Positions 9,265 through 20,299 of a stretch of 64,000 bases of DNA are shown one piece after another. This DNA comes from Candidatus Bathyarchaeota archaeon (GTDB taxonomy: Archaea; Thermoproteota; Bathyarchaeia; 40CM-2-53-6). Location of the stretch: NCBI GenBank assembly GCA_963733055.1, contig CAVTBR010000001.1:160001-224000 (forward strand), given 5' to 3'. Position numbers and translations under genes: made by a program. The notes below the pieces were generated by a model. That model ran no database searches. It worked only from the letters and a program-made list of their open reading frames with translations, and had not been told where the DNA came from. The first letter of the stretch is position 1. The number at the start of each line of letters is the position of its first letter.

Positions 9265-10464
9265 ATGCCGTTAGATTTTACGTTTACAGAAGAGCAGGAT
9301 CTTTTCCGAAAGGCTATTCGCGAATTCGCGGCTAGAAATGTTGCTCCGAAAGCGAAGGAGCTTCTTAAGGCTAGACTTGTCACGTCTGAGATTCATAGGG
9401 GTTTCAAAGATCTCGGCGTATTCGGATTACTGGTACCTCAGGAATATGGCGGCTCCGCGGCCGATTTTGTAACGTTCCTTATCGCAGTAGAGGAAATGAC
9501 GAAGGGCGACCCTACGGGCTTCGCGGGCCTCCCGATCTGGTACGGAGCCTCATGTGCACGCATTCTAGCGGTGTACGGAAATGCTGCGTTGAAAGACGAG
9601 GTCCTTCCCAAGGTGGCGAAGGAGGGTTGGATGACCCCGCTTCACTCCACAGAACCCAACTGTGGAACCGATTTCACATCGATAACCTCCACCGCCAAGA
9701 AGATTGGGAGCGAATTTGTGGTCAACGGTGAGAAGACATGCCTGAGTTGCGTGCCGGAGGTCATGAAGTATGGAGGAGGGTTCATCACTTCGGTGAAAAC
9801 GAATCCTGAATTGGGGAGCAAGGGAATGAGCCTTCTCTACATTCCATCAGACTCCAAGGGCGTGACTACGTCAAATTACTTGGGTATGGGGATAGATGTC
9901 GGTGGGGTCCGGTACGAGAATGCGCGTGTGCCCGAACGCTACCTAGTCGGCGCCGAAGGGACTGGATATCGGATGACCTATGAATCCTTCGTGCACGCAC
10001 GCGTCCCGACCACGATGAGCATCGTGGCCGCGGCGGAAGCGGCAATCGAGAGAGGCGTTGAATTTCTGAAGCAGAGGAAATCGTTCGGTCGACCCATTGG
10101 GGCGCATGAAGGCGTTCAATTCGAACTTGCTGAGGGGTACGCAAACGTTCAAGCTTCGAAGTTGCTGTGTTACCGCGCCGCGTGGCTCGTAGACGAATAC
10201 CACAAAGGGAAAGTCTCGTTCCAAGAGGCGATGAGTGCTGCCTCAATCGCGAAACTTGTCGCCTCAGAACTCTGTGTTAAGGCCGTCAGTGACGTTCTGG
10301 AATGGTACGGAGGACTGGGAACAACGACAGAATACGACATACAGCAAGTATACAGAACAGTAAGGCAAACCGTAATCGCCGAAGGAACGAAGAACGCCCA
10401 GAAAATCGTGATTGCACTTCAACTCCTCGGCAGAGAATTCGCGTCTTGGAAGGCCAATGAATAG
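9265..10464 (+). CDS. Acyl-CoA dehydrogenase family protein
   Basis: PQEYGG, TEPNCGTD, VNGEK, RKSFGRPI, IAEGT. Confidence 0.9.
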   Translation: MPLDFTFTEEQDLFRKAIREFAARNVAPKAKELLKARLVTSEIHRGFKDLGVFGLLVPQEYGGSAADFVTFLIAVEEMTKGDPTGFAGLPIWYGASCARILAVYGNAALKDEVLPKVAKEGWMTPLHSTEPNCGTDFTSITSTAKKIGSEFVVNGEKTCLSCVPEVMKYGGGFITSVKTNPELGSKGMSLLYIPSDSKGVTTSNYLGMGIDVGGVRYENARVPERYLVGAEGTGYRMTYESFVHARVPTTMSIVAAAEAAIERGVEFLKQRKSFGRPIGAHEGVQFELAEGYANVQASKLLCYRAAWLVDEYHKGKVSFQEAMSAASIAKLVASELCVKAVSDVLEWYGGLGTTTEYDIQQVYRTVRQTVIAEGTKNAQKIVIALQLLGREFASWKANE

Positions 10465-10516
10465 AACCGGTTTGTGCCGGGGACAGAAAAGTAGATGGAG
10501 CCTTCTTTCTTCTAAA

Positions 10517-11227
10517 TCAGCGTGGGTCAGCGTGTGGGCCGTTTCCAAGTAGAGCTTGCTTTATCTCGTCTTTTGTGAGCACAAGGGCGAACCCGCGCCT
10601 AAGTGTTTTGAGTTCTGCTTCCTGTAACTGTGGGTCATCGGTTGAGTTAACGTCGGATCCAAAGACGACTTTGTATCCGTGGCCGTGAGCTTCGCGGGCT
10701 GTGGTTCCGCAACAGTAGTTCGTCATTGTTCCGCAGATAATTACTGTCTCAACTTTTCGGTTCTTTAGAACGTAATCGAGTGTTGTGCCGGTGAATGAGC
10801 CGTAACTCGGTTTGGCAATCACGACATCCTTTTCATAATCCGGTTTGATCGAAGGGTCTATGCTTTCTTTCTGAAACAATAGTGGCCCGTCGTAGTCATC
10901 AAACTTATCCAACGATGTTACGCCGTCTCGGAAAGCCGGGTTCATGTCTATGTAGGTTGGGTGGAAAACATAGCAAGTGTAGACCACTTGCACTCCACTG
11001 TTGCGGCATGTTTCTATGAGATCTTTGATCTTCGGAAGTTGTTTTGTAGCGTCGGGAACCCAAGAGGGAGTCATGTTTGGTTTGGTGAATTCCTCGAGCA
11101 TGTCGACGACGATAAGTGCGGTGTGCTTAGGATTGATCTTAATGCTGGCTTGTCCCGTCTCATAATCTCGCTTCGCTTTGGAAAGAATGTATTCTTGGGT
11201 GAATTGGCCAGGCTTTCGCTTCTCCAA
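10517..11227 (-). CDS. Isochorismatase-family cysteine hydrolase
   Basis: ALIVVDM, KPSYGSF, GTMTNYCCGTTAR. Confidence 0.88.
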   Translation of the reverse strand: MEKRKPGQFTQEYILSKAKRDYETGQASIKINPKHTALIVVDMLEEFTKPNMTPSWVPDATKQLPKIKDLIETCRNSGVQVVYTCYVFHPTYIDMNPAFRDGVTSLDKFDDYDGPLLFQKESIDPSIKPDYEKDVVIAKPSYGSFTGTTLDYVLKNRKVETVIICGTMTNYCCGTTAREAHGHGYKVVFGSDVNSTDDPQLQEAELKTLRRGFALVLTKDEIKQALLGNGPHADPR

Positions 11228-11297
11228 ATTTGATTCGGCCTCGTTACTCCTCTAGAATCTTATATCGGTACTCCCGAGTTAGCATCCTCTGCTTTTG

Positions 11298-12455
11298 CTA
11301 CCAGAGCTTGCGTTCGTAATCCGTAAGTGTGGTAATTCCCGTGTCCGTTACTTCTAACGTATCCTCGACAACTGCCGTTCCTAACCCGAGACGAACGATC
11401 ATCGGTTCGTATGCGAATACCATCCCGGGTTCAAAGATGTCTTGGCTTGTTGGTGAGAACATTGGGATTTCACTGAATCCTGTGCCTAGACCATGCCCTG
11501 TCGCCCAAAAATCATTACGCCACCCTTTCGATTCGGCTAACCTCTCACCGATCTGAGCAACCTCTCCTGCGCGCATACCTGGGCGCATTCGATCGATCAA
11601 ATCGTTGTAAATGTCGAGAATCGAATCTAATGCATTTCTCTGTTTCTCATCCCCCTGGCCCATTAACACGGTTCGAGACATGTCGGATAAGTATCCGCTC
11701 AAGATCGCACCCAAATCAATGTAAACCATATCGCCGTCTTGGATTCTTCTCTTCGTCGGATAATCGTGCTTCGTTCCTGCACGGGGCCCTGCTACAACTA
11801 TTGGTTGAAAAGCTAACCGACTAGCACCTTCAACATACATCGCCTTACAGGCTTCAGCTACGACCTTATTCTCAGGTATTCCTACATTCATTGCTTCAAC
11901 TGCTGCACGCATCCCGCAGCTGGTAATGCGAGACGCTTCACGCATCACCTTTAGTTCGTTGACGGTTTTGCGACTCTTCATTTTGAGAAACAAACGTTCG
12001 ACATCAACCACGTTGACTCCAAGTTCGCGAGTCGGAAACGTGTACAAACCAACTGCACCTATCTTTCCCTTGATCATACGAATTGAGGCCTGCACTTCGG
12101 AGAAAAAGGATTGAAAGGACCACCCGGAGATTCTTACTTGGTCAATCCAAGTTCTCCAAATCAACGAGTGCATCGGTTCTCCGTGAAACGCTGAATCGGT
12201 TAGCAAGGTAACAGAGTCGGAGGTTAGCACAACGGCTCCACGGCCCATCATAGGTTCGAAATTTGCGAGATAGGTCAAGTAGCCTAGATCGTTCTGGTCC
12301 CCAAATACCACGAGCCCCTCAAGATTTTGCTCTTCCATTAATCGCCTAGCGCTGGCGACCCTTTGTTCATATTCCGTTATGGGAAACGGTAAATCAACGT
12401 ACTCCGTTCGTGTCGGACCATCAAATGGTACTCTTGGCTTCACGAGATGCATCAT
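11298..12455 (-). CDS. M24 family (Xaa-Pro/creatinase-like) peptidase
   Basis: Metal ligands IDLG, SDMSRT, GHGLG, YEP, VEDT. Confidence 0.88.
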   Translation of the reverse strand: MMHLVKPRVPFDGPTRTEYVDLPFPITEYEQRVASARRLMEEQNLEGLVVFGDQNDLGYLTYLANFEPMMGRGAVVLTSDSVTLLTDSAFHGEPMHSLIWRTWIDQVRISGWSFQSFFSEVQASIRMIKGKIGAVGLYTFPTRELGVNVVDVERLFLKMKSRKTVNELKVMREASRITSCGMRAAVEAMNVGIPENKVVAEACKAMYVEGASRLAFQPIVVAGPRAGTKHDYPTKRRIQDGDMVYIDLGAILSGYLSDMSRTVLMGQGDEKQRNALDSILDIYNDLIDRMRPGMRAGEVAQIGERLAESKGWRNDFWATGHGLGTGFSEIPMFSPTSQDIFEPGMVFAYEPMIVRLGLGTAVVEDTLEVTDTGITTLTDYERKLW

Positions 12456-12608
12456 TCCCTAGATCACCCTTGAACGAAACTCCTACTCGCCCTAACCCAG
12501 TTAACACTTACAGTTTGTGGCAGGGAGTGGCGACTGGACCTATCGGTTATTCTGAAAATTCGATATTCATTAATAGTGAGTAATACCGCTGTGAGTCGGG
12601 TTGTTTGA

Positions 12609-13596
12609 TTGAAGCCGAAGTTCGGAATTGTTCTTCCCACCCGTGGAATGCTTTTCGCGAAGACGAGTGCACGGAAGGACATCGTTGAACTCAGCAAGCT
12701 GGTTGAAGAGTATGGGTATGATGCCGTTTGGGCCGGAGATAGCGTTCTCGCGAAACCGCAGGTTGGACTCAATCAGTGTGCTGTCCGCAGTAGCTGGAGC
12801 CACGGAAAGAGTCAAGCTAGGGACGGCTTGCTTTGCAAGTTTTCCACTACGTAATCCCATCATTCTCGCTTACCAATGGGCGACGCTCGATGTTTTGTCC
12901 GAGGGGCGAAGCCTGCTCGTCGTATGCCAGGGCACCCCAACCCAGCATGGTAAGATCTACCGGAACGAATTCGACGCCATAGGCGTACCACCCAAGGAAA
13001 AAATGAAAAGAAGTGAAGAAGCATTGGAGATTCTGAGAAAGCTTTGGGAATCGGATAACGTGAGTTACAACGGTGAGATTTTCAAATTCAAAGACGTCAC
13101 GATGTTACCTAAACCCGTCCAGAAACCGTGCCCGATTTGGATAGCATCTAACCCACGCTCCACGGGAGAACTAGAAGGCCCACCCGGAGAGATCGAGAGG
13201 AATTTCGATCGAGTCGGGAAATACGCAGACGGATGGATGACCACGATGGTTGACCCTGAAGAGTTTAGAGAAGATGCTGAAAGGGTCAGGGAGGCTTTGC
13301 GAAAACACCACCGAGAAAGTAACCAGTTCGGTATGTGTCTCTACTACAACGTAAACATGAACAAAGACAAACAAACAGCCGCTGCCGAGTCAAGCGACTT
13401 CCTAATGAAATACTACCGAGAAGACCCCTCAGGAATTCTAGATAAGTGGGTCGCGTACGGGAACCAGAAAGATTGCATCGACAAATTAGAAGGATTTGTG
13501 AAAGCAGGAGTAGACACGTTTTCAATCCGGTTTGTTGCCTGGGACCAGATTGAGCAGCTAAAGAGGTTTAGCGAAGAAGTTCTCCCGAACTTCTGA
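12609..13596 (+). CDS. LLM-class flavin/F420-dependent oxidoreductase; +1 frameshift near 12756-12762
   Basis: ORF 12609 gives the N-terminus (FGIVLP...GYDAVWAGDS); ORF 12628 frame gives RLDSISVLSAVAGATERVKLGT, ATLDVLSEGR, PKPVQKP. Confidence 0.85.
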
Positions 13597-13608
13597 ACCT
13601 TACTCTCT

Positions 13609-13806
13609 CTATCCCATGGTCCACATGAAGCCTCCCTCCCCCGGCTTTCTTGATATACGACCTAGACGGTAGAGCTTCATTGCGGTCTCGTAGACTTCAA
13701 CCCCACTCTTGCAATCGCGACAAATCCTCTCGAACTCTGGAGTTGAAGCAAGCTCGATGATTCGTTTGGTTGACGCTGAGCTTTCCTTGCGGAGGATACT
13801 CAGCAC
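13609..13806 (-). CDS. Small hypothetical protein, possibly winged-helix
   Basis: Convergent with the LLM gene; helix-helix-wing-like composition; start uncertain. Confidence 0.4.
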   Translation of the reverse strand: MLSILRKESSASTKRIIELASTPEFERICRDCKSGVEVYETAMKLYRLGRISRKPGEGGFMWTMG

Positions 13807-13993
13807 GCAGAGTTCACGGTCATTAGTATCACTCGTCGAACCGAGACCCCCTCAGATCTTACACACGAATTAGTTTATTGAAGATATCCTGTGAACGCCC
13901 AATGAAATTCGAATCCGTAGAAAGCCACTAGCCGTTGCGATTCGTCTCGGTTTCTTCTGAAACTTCTGAAAGTTATCTTCCGCTTCACGTTGA

Positions 13994-15136
13994 CTAGTCC
14001 CAGAAGACCGGAAGCTTCGTCATGACCTCCGGCTTCTTCCCTTTTACGATTACTTCGTTCTCTATCGAAGCGAATTTCCCTTTCCACCGAACGTCGGGTT
14101 CAATGCAGAGCACCATGTTCTCTCTGAGCTTCCCGGAGACTCCAGGAAACAGATACGGGTTCTCGACGATCTCAAGACCAATACCATGTCCGAAAGGAGA
14201 CACCTTGAACCCGTCTCGGTTGAATTTCTGCAGCGCCAATATTGAAGACTCAACCTCACCTTGGTCAACCAATTTTTCAGTCATCGCTTCCGTTGCTTGA
14301 CCAGCCACCTCAATGAGTCTCCGCTGTTGTCTGTTGGGTCGTCCTGCGCATCCGATTCTTAGTATGTCGAACCCATATTTCCCAACCCAACCCACGAAGT
14401 CTATAGAGACTAGTTCTCCTCGTCGAACCTTTCTTGAGGACGCAAAAGGCCATCTTAGTCGTCCCATTTCGCGGCCTGACTGGACCCTGTCCCGCACGAC
14501 ATAATCAGCCCCCGCCTCCATCGCAACCGCTCTGGCGAGGCTACCTATTGCACTCTCCCTCATACCGGGTTTGATTCTTTCAATCGCGGCACCCAGAGCT
14601 TTGTCAGCTATCTTCGATGCTTGCTTCATAAGGCGAAGCTCGTTTTCGCTCTTGATCATCCTGAGCTCTGTCAGCAGGCTGTCGTCGTATTCGAATCTGA
14701 TTTCCGGAAATTCATGTCTCATCTCGTCGAGGTAGATCGCGGGTATGACATCTCCCCCGGCAACAGCCAACTTAGTGCTATTCAATGCACTCTCCCTGAT
14801 CACGTCCGCTAAGTCGTGCGCGAAGTTCGTCCCTGTCCTACTCCGCTCTACGCCAACAACAGCATCAGTTTGAAATCCGAGAGGTGCGACGAGTGTAGCT
14901 TCACCTCCAGTGGGGACTAGGAGTGCACTGTACCCTAAGCCTGAGACCTGATCTGTCTTGGGGCTGTAGGGGAATGCATTCTTATGCCCACATAGGTAGC
15001 AAACATTTCCATCCCGTTCAGCATAACCTGAGAACGCCAACAATCCACCGTAACCACTCGTACGTAGTTGCTGACGAGTCGTATCCAACCTCGTCTGATA
15101 CTCTCGCTGAGGCAACGAGAAAATTCGACCTGACAA
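13994..15136 (-). CDS. M24 family peptidase
   Basis: RMIKSENE, SIDF, FDILR, GHGIGLE, IEP, IENE. Confidence 0.88.
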   Translation of the reverse strand: MSGRIFSLPQREYQTRLDTTRQQLRTSGYGGLLAFSGYAERDGNVCYLCGHKNAFPYSPKTDQVSGLGYSALLVPTGGEATLVAPLGFQTDAVVGVERSRTGTNFAHDLADVIRESALNSTKLAVAGGDVIPAIYLDEMRHEFPEIRFEYDDSLLTELRMIKSENELRLMKQASKIADKALGAAIERIKPGMRESAIGSLARAVAMEAGADYVVRDRVQSGREMGRLRWPFASSRKVRRGELVSIDFVGWVGKYGFDILRIGCAGRPNRQQRRLIEVAGQATEAMTEKLVDQGEVESSILALQKFNRDGFKVSPFGHGIGLEIVENPYLFPGVSGKLRENMVLCIEPDVRWKGKFASIENEVIVKGKKPEVMTKLPVFWD

Positions 15137-15227
15137 CTTCTATCCTCCATAGAGGCCATCATTCGAATCTATTATGGTTGTGAAATGTTCCGGATTCAAC
15201 CATGTCAATTGTTAAATCGGCCGCAGA

Positions 15228-15656
15228 ATGACATTGCGGGCGTGCCCTGAGATGACGAAGCAGGAAATTGAAGCCACGGTTAGAGCGATTTACGACGCCT
15301 TTGAAACACTAAGTGCCGAGAAGCTTGATGAGAATTTCTCCCATACAGACGAACTTACAGCGTTCGGCACTGACGATGATGAGTCCTTCTATGGCTGGAA
15401 AGCGTACAAGACCGTTCATGAAACTCAATTTAGGGCGGTGAAGAGTTTTCGGTTCACGTCTACAGACATGAGGGCGTTTGAGCACGGAGACACGGCATGG
15501 TTCTCTGACCGAGCCCAGTGGCAAATAGAAACAAAAGGCGGGGAAAAGGTTGACACGACAGTCAGAATTACGGGCGTTTTGCTAAGGAAGAACGGCAAAT
15601 GGGGAATCGTTCAGTGGCACGTATCGCAAGGCGTCAAACGGCTGCACGAATACTAA
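15228..15656 (+). CDS. SnoaL/NTF2-like protein
   Basis: GDTAW, RITGVL...GKWGIVQWHVS. Confidence 0.8.
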   Translation: MTLRACPEMTKQEIEATVRAIYDAFETLSAEKLDENFSHTDELTAFGTDDDESFYGWKAYKTVHETQFRAVKSFRFTSTDMRAFEHGDTAWFSDRAQWQIETKGGEKVDTTVRITGVLLRKNGKWGIVQWHVSQGVKRLHEY

Positions 15657-15731
15657 TCATGGAATACTTGTGGGAAACGGGGGCTGTGGTTTTGAGAATC
15701 CTGTGACGCTTTCCGAACCCTTCGACTTGGA

Positions 15732-17351
15732 TTATTCTGGTGGAATCTGTTTCTGTAATAGGTTTAAGTCGATTCCCTGACTGCGGCGTATGCCCCAAAC
15801 TACTGCGTATATGATCGCTCCGACTAAGAATGTGGGAATTATTCCAGTCAAGAAGACGGACTCGACGTTGCCGATAGCGGGCAAGAGTATAGCATAGACA
15901 GTATAGAGGGATACGATGACACCCAGTACGCCCATGATGGAGATAAGCGGAATCCCTGCTATCTTCTTTTGGCTCATTGGGTGGGCGGATTCGAAGATGT
16001 CTTTTCGGTTGAAGGGGTAGGCGATCGCTGCGACCGATACTATGAGGAAGACTATGAACGTCCCGGCGGTGCCGTAAGTGAATAGGGTAGCGAGTAGGCC
16101 GTATTGGAATATGGTTATGTAGGTAAAGAGTAGGCCGACAGCTGTCATTATCGCGATCGCGTAGACGGGAGTTCTAGTGCGGGGATTGATAGTGGCGAAG
16201 ACGCTCGGGGCCAGGCGGTCGAATGACCACGCAAAAAGGTTTCTGCTGAGGGTGAAGAATATCGAGATGTTCATGACCTCGGCGGTGAGGCCGAAGCTCA
16301 ACGTGAAAATTGCAATTAGCACTTGGTTCTGTGTCCAGAACATCGCAAGCCCCGACGCAAGAGGAGGAGTTGGCGCGAGGTACGGATAGGAAGAAGATCC
16401 TGAGATCCATAGCGCAGCCATCGAGTTCACGAATGACGGACCCTCGCCAAAATATTCCACGGCAATCATCGCTGTCACGAAGGCAGCAAATATCACCACC
16501 CCCCCTAGCTGGGCGATGATCTGTGTTCTGTGATTTCGCTTAGTCTCTCCAGCAAAATACGCAGAAGAATTGAACCCCAGGTACCCTAACAGCCCTAGAG
16601 CCGCTGCTGATACTGAAGCAGATGAGAGTAGTGGCGGGACACCGTTGTACGCTCCACTCTGTTGCCCTGCGCTAACAATCTGATCATAAGTCATGTTGGA
16701 ACCTGAGAGCGAGTTGAAGTTCTGAGCAAAAACGGAACTACCCGCCGAAACCACGGTTGCAATGAAGATAACTCCAATTATGACCGACAGGACGGTCCAA
16801 TACTTCACCGTCCTAGCGGCTAACCGAGTACTTGCAATGACGATGAGGCCCGCGATAATTATGAAGACCGCAGATATCCAGAACGTTAAGGTGGGGTCTT
16901 GAAGGGAACTTGCAATGCTAAGATACCCTGGGTTCTTATCGAGAATTCCCAAATCGTAGAACAGTTGAGCAATTGACCATTGCCCGATCCAAGGAGCGAC
17001 TGCTCCTATTACGGATATGCTCAGTATGGTAAATGCAAAATTGGCTATGAAGCCTATGCTTGGATGAAACACTCTTCCTACCCAAACGTAGTCTCCACCG
17101 CTTCGCGGTATCGCAATAGAGAACAAAACGTACATCGCCGTAATGGGGAGTATCAGAAGCAATCCAATGAAGGGACCAAGTAGCGGATTCGCCGTGGGAT
17201 AGAACGCTGGTGTGAATGCAACCACGTTGAACACGTAAAGTAGCCCCATCTGGGTTACGCACATTCCAAGCGCGTCCATTCCGGAAAGCTGCTTGACGAG
17301 GCCGGTTGCGTCTCTCACGAAAACTGTCTTACGAGGTTTCGAATCGGACAT
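15732..17351 (-). CDS. APC family amino acid/amine permease
   Basis: VFVRDATGLV, PRSGGDYVW, SRNLFAWSFDR, about 12 TM, ends IPPE. Confidence 0.9.
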   Translation of the reverse strand: MSDSKPRKTVFVRDATGLVKQLSGMDALGMCVTQMGLLYVFNVVAFTPAFYPTANPLLGPFIGLLLILPITAMYVLFSIAIPRSGGDYVWVGRVFHPSIGFIANFAFTILSISVIGAVAPWIGQWSIAQLFYDLGILDKNPGYLSIASSLQDPTLTFWISAVFIIIAGLIVIASTRLAARTVKYWTVLSVIIGVIFIATVVSAGSSVFAQNFNSLSGSNMTYDQIVSAGQQSGAYNGVPPLLSSASVSAAALGLLGYLGFNSSAYFAGETKRNHRTQIIAQLGGVVIFAAFVTAMIAVEYFGEGPSFVNSMAALWISGSSSYPYLAPTPPLASGLAMFWTQNQVLIAIFTLSFGLTAEVMNISIFFTLSRNLFAWSFDRLAPSVFATINPRTRTPVYAIAIMTAVGLLFTYITIFQYGLLATLFTYGTAGTFIVFLIVSVAAIAYPFNRKDIFESAHPMSQKKIAGIPLISIMGVLGVIVSLYTVYAILLPAIGNVESVFLTGIIPTFLVGAIIYAVVWGIRRSQGIDLNLLQKQIPPE

Positions 17352-17450
17352 GGTAGAGCCAGAACGTCAAACCATGTTAATATGTCTTAGCAACTTGCGA
17401 GTGCAACAACCCTTGTCCTAAGGTGGATAAGTGAAGGTGCAGCAGTAGGT

Positions 17451-19193
17451 GTGGTAGTCCTGGAAGGACGACTGCGGGGTTTTTCTTTACCCGGCCACGG
17501 TACAACGGTGGGCGGTAGCGGCTTGTCCTACGATGTACGGTTTGAGTTTGGAATAAAACAGGAAATGCGCGATGGAACGAAGCTCTCCTCCGACATATAC
17601 CGACCCGACGCCAAAGGAAAATTTCCGGCCATTATTACCCGATCACCATACATGACCGTAGAAGGGTTCCAAAAGCGCTTCTCCGAAGAAGCAAAATTCT
17701 TCGCAAGACAAGGTTACGTATTTGTTATCCAAGACTGCCGAGGGAAGAACGATTCTGAAGGAATATTCCACCCATTCTTTGATGATCCAACCGACGGATT
17801 CGACGCCCTGAGCTGGTGCGCGAAGCAAGAGTGGTCAAATGGCGAACTGGGCACGATCGGAGCATCATACCAGGCATGGAACCAATGGGCCACAGCAACT
17901 CTAAACCCTCCCAATCTCCGAGCCATGGTATCGATAGTAGCTTTACCAGATCCGGTCCTGAACGTCCCTTTTCAAAATGGCGCGTTAGTCTTGTGGATGG
18001 CTGAATGGATGGCGATGGTTGACGGAAAGAAGAACACTGATCCATCAATATACGATTCTATGAAGCTGTATAATCACTTGCCACTCAGGACAATGGATGA
18101 GGCATTTGGGAGAAAAGAATCATCAATCTGGCAAAATTGGATAAACCATCCTGCCGCAGACGACTACTGGAAAGCTTCATTCTATCAGGACGAATTTAGT
18201 CAAATTGACGTCCCAGCCCTACATGTTTCGGGATGGTATGACGACGACGTCATAGGCACCCACATCAATTACACCGGCATGAGAAAATCCGGCAAGTCAG
18301 AACATGCAAGAATTAACCAGAAGTTGATAATTGGTCCGTGGCAACACCACGTAAACGCGACTAGGCAACTAGGGACAATCGATTTTGGACAATCATCACT
18401 GATAGACTTACGAAAGGTAGAGCTAGAATGGTTTGACTACTGGCTCAAAGGGAAAGAAACCGGGATAATGAAACAGCCCAAAGTCGACATCTTCACAATG
18501 GGCAAGAACATATGGAGAAGGACGGATTCGTGGCCTCTCGAAAAAACTGAGTACGTGAAATACTTTATTCATAGCAACGGTAAGGCGAACACCTCTGCAG
18601 GAGACGGCAAACTCTCTACAGCCAAACCGAACATAGAAGAGCCCTACGACTCTTATACTTACGACCCAGCCGACCCGTCTCCAAACATATACGACACCTC
18701 CACAATGGCTGCAGAGGGCCCCTACGATCAACGACCAATCGAGAGACGCAATGACATACTCGTGTACTCCACTTCTGCCTTAGATGATGACTTAGACATT
18801 ACCGGTCCGGTGAGCGTCAAGCTTTTCGCCTCTACTTCTGCACGTGACACCGATTTTTGGGTGCAACTTGTTGACGTTTTCCCGAATGGGTATTCGATGC
18901 ACTTGACCGAGGGAATCATCAGGGCTAGATACCGTAACTCACTTGAAAAACAAGAGCTTCTGGAGCCGGAGAAGATCTATGAGTTTGATATCGATTTATG
19001 GGTCACGAGCAACGTCTTTCAACGAGGTCACCGGGTGAGGGTCGATATTTCGAGCAGCTCTTTTCCAAAATACGACCGCAATCCAAACACAGGCAATCAA
19101 TTTGGCACTGACACGACGCTGAAGGTTGCTGACCAAAGAATCTACCATAACGAAAAGCATCCGTCCCATATTCTCCTCCCCATCATCGCTTAG
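17451..19193 (+). CDS. CocE/NonD family serine hydrolase
   Basis: MRDGTKL, QDCRG, GASY nucleophile, GWYD, IGPWQH, SSSFPKYDRN. Confidence 0.92.
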   Translation: MVVLEGRLRGFSLPGHGTTVGGSGLSYDVRFEFGIKQEMRDGTKLSSDIYRPDAKGKFPAIITRSPYMTVEGFQKRFSEEAKFFARQGYVFVIQDCRGKNDSEGIFHPFFDDPTDGFDALSWCAKQEWSNGELGTIGASYQAWNQWATATLNPPNLRAMVSIVALPDPVLNVPFQNGALVLWMAEWMAMVDGKKNTDPSIYDSMKLYNHLPLRTMDEAFGRKESSIWQNWINHPAADDYWKASFYQDEFSQIDVPALHVSGWYDDDVIGTHINYTGMRKSGKSEHARINQKLIIGPWQHHVNATRQLGTIDFGQSSLIDLRKVELEWFDYWLKGKETGIMKQPKVDIFTMGKNIWRRTDSWPLEKTEYVKYFIHSNGKANTSAGDGKLSTAKPNIEEPYDSYTYDPADPSPNIYDTSTMAAEGPYDQRPIERRNDILVYSTSALDDDLDITGPVSVKLFASTSARDTDFWVQLVDVFPNGYSMHLTEGIIRARYRNSLEKQELLEPEKIYEFDIDLWVTSNVFQRGHRVRVDISSSSFPKYDRNPNTGNQFGTDTTLKVADQRIYHNEKHPSHILLPIIA

Positions 19194-19219
19194 CCCACTC
19201 CAACGAACGTGAACCGTGT

Positions 19220-19927
19220 TTGACTGGAAGAGTAGAGGCGGGAGCAGAGGCTAGGCCGGAATTTCTCGCCGGCGTGAGAGCTACGTTGCCCCTCCTTCTC
19301 GGCGCGATCCCCTTTGGAGTGACTTATGGTGTGCTGGCTTTTTCGGGTGGATTGAGCGTTTCCGCTGCACTTGGCATGTCTTCGATAGTATTTGCCGGCT
19401 CATCACAGTTTGTGGCCGTACAACTCTTCACCCTCGCCGTACCCGCTGTGGTCATAATCGTTACCACGTTTATGGTAAACCTGCGCCACGCCTTGTACAG
19501 CGCATCACTTTCCCCACATCTGAGGCATCTTCGCTCGCTCTGGAAGTGGGTTCTGAGCTACCTTCTTACCGATGAAGCCTACGCCGTAACCATTGTACAT
19601 TACGATCGTGTTGGGACTTCACGGAACGGACACTGGTTTTTCCTCGGAGCAGGACTAACGTTGTGGACTGCCTGGCAGGCGAGCACGGCCGCAGGAATTT
19701 TTCTAGGTGAGGTGATCCCGACAAGTTGGCCACTCGATTTCGCTATAACTTTGACTTTCATCGCTCTCCTCGTTCCAATGCTGAAAGATAGGCTCAGTGT
19801 GGGGGTGTCGTTGACCGCAGGAATGATCGCGGTACTTACGATTAACCTCCCACTTCGATTGAACCTCATACTCGCTGTCATCATAGCCGTTGTCATAGGG
19901 GTAGCGATCGATCGAATCAAGAGATGA
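19220..19927 (+). CDS. azlC: AzlC-family branched-chain amino acid exporter
   Basis: FAGSSQF, VNLRHALY, LTDEAYA. Confidence 0.9.
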   Translation: MTGRVEAGAEARPEFLAGVRATLPLLLGAIPFGVTYGVLAFSGGLSVSAALGMSSIVFAGSSQFVAVQLFTLAVPAVVIIVTTFMVNLRHALYSASLSPHLRHLRSLWKWVLSYLLTDEAYAVTIVHYDRVGTSRNGHWFFLGAGLTLWTAWQASTAAGIFLGEVIPTSWPLDFAITLTFIALLVPMLKDRLSVGVSLTAGMIAVLTINLPLRLNLILAVIIAVVIGVAIDRIKR

Positions 19928-19934
19928 CATCGCT

Positions 19935-20264
19935 TTGCTAAATCCGGAAACTGTCTGGCTAACAATTGTCGCGATGGGCGTGATCACATTCGCTTTGAGA
20001 CTATCGTTCATCGTATTCCTTGGACACATCAAACTCCCAGCCTCAGTAAGGCGTGGCCTAGACTTCGTCCCGCCGGCCGTCTTTGCCGCATTGATCCTTC
20101 CGGACCTCCTTCGAAACACGATGATAGCTCCCCTTTCTATTCACATGGAGGCCCGTCTCATTGCGGGGATAGTTGCCGTGATCGTGGCCTGGCGCACGAA
20201 AAACGTTGTGTTGACGATTGGCGTGGGATTCGCGTTTTTGTTCCTATTGCAAGCATTCACGTGA
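19935..20264 (+). CDS. azlD: AzlD-family exporter small subunit
   Basis: TFALR, VPPAVFAALI; follows azlC. Confidence 0.88.
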   Translation: MLNPETVWLTIVAMGVITFALRLSFIVFLGHIKLPASVRRGLDFVPPAVFAALILPDLLRNTMIAPLSIHMEARLIAGIVAVIVAWRTKNVVLTIGVGFAFLFLLQAFT

Positions 20265-20299
20265 GAAACACTTATCGCCCAAAATAACAGAAAAGTGGT

